A DNA stretch of 64,000 nucleotides, taken from a virus. The stretch is taken from positions 96,001 through 160,000 of the IMG/VR virus record IMGVR_UViG_3300046804_003518. One strand, written 5' to 3'. Positions 63,694 through 64,000 of the stretch are shown here, piece after piece (position 1 is the stretch's first letter; each line of letters starts with the position of its first letter). The notes below the pieces were generated by a model. It searched no databases, was not told the DNA's origin, and saw only the letters and a list, made by a program, of their open reading frames with translations. A program made the translations under genes and the position numbers.

Positions 63694-64000
63694 AAGAGCG
63701 CGTTAAGTTATTCATAGGGCATGATGTTAAGCAAACATCCATTTGTGATGCCTGCAGACTTTCAATTGAAGACCATTCGGAAATTAAGATTGAAACAATT
63801 CACCTCAATTCACTTGAAGGTAGAGGGTTGTTTTGGAGACACCAAGCTGAAGGTAGCACCGACTTTGCCTTCACTAGATTCTTAACACCATATCTCAAAG
63901 GCTTTTATGGTTATGCTATCTTTTGTGATAGTGATTTTATTTGGAATTGTGACCCACTAGAGTTATTAGACCAGATAGATCGAAACAAGGCTGTTAGTGT
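63690..64000 (+). CDS. Glycosyltransferase (GT-A fold, DxD), truncated by window end
   Basis: GTG start; KLFIGHD..., STDFAFTRFLTPYL, AIFCDSDF. Confidence 0.75.
   Translation, partial: MKERVKLFIGHDVKQTSICDACRLSIEDHSEIKIETIHLNSLEGRGLFWRHQAEGSTDFAFTRFLTPYLKGFYGYAIFCDSDFIWNCDPLELLDQIDRNKAVS

Overview
64 kb of a large, AT-rich T4-like (myovirus) phage genome. Every credible gene is on the + strand. The core includes the replisome (gp45, gp44, gp62, regA, gp43, uvsX, gp41, gp61), nucleotide metabolism (nrdA, nrdB, ThyX-like, guaC, purA), a late/virion block with TATAAATA promoters, and lysis genes (GH19+M15 endolysin, spanin-like pair, SleB-like hydrolase). The accessory content is unusually rich. 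(1) A phosphate-starvation block encodes PstS, an outer-membrane porin, a PlcP-like phospholipase C and an Agt-like GT4 glycolipid synthase, with a shared 11-bp-period upstream repeat. This looks like a phage-carried membrane-lipid remodelling system that would free phosphate from host phospholipids, and it is my top candidate for an undescribed system. (2) A circularly permuted (two-piece) tmRNA gene with tag ANDDVYNMALAA. (3) An adenylate-forming acyl-CoA ligase. (4) An APS-kinase plus two sulfotransferase-like genes. (5) SOD plus AhpC/AhpD. (6) A secreted Asn/Thr low-complexity protein triad. (7) A repeated GTAAC-N3-TTGATT operator-like motif upstream of four sigma70-type promoters. A proteobacterial host is inferred. 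All family assignments come from motif recognition by eye; no database searches were run.
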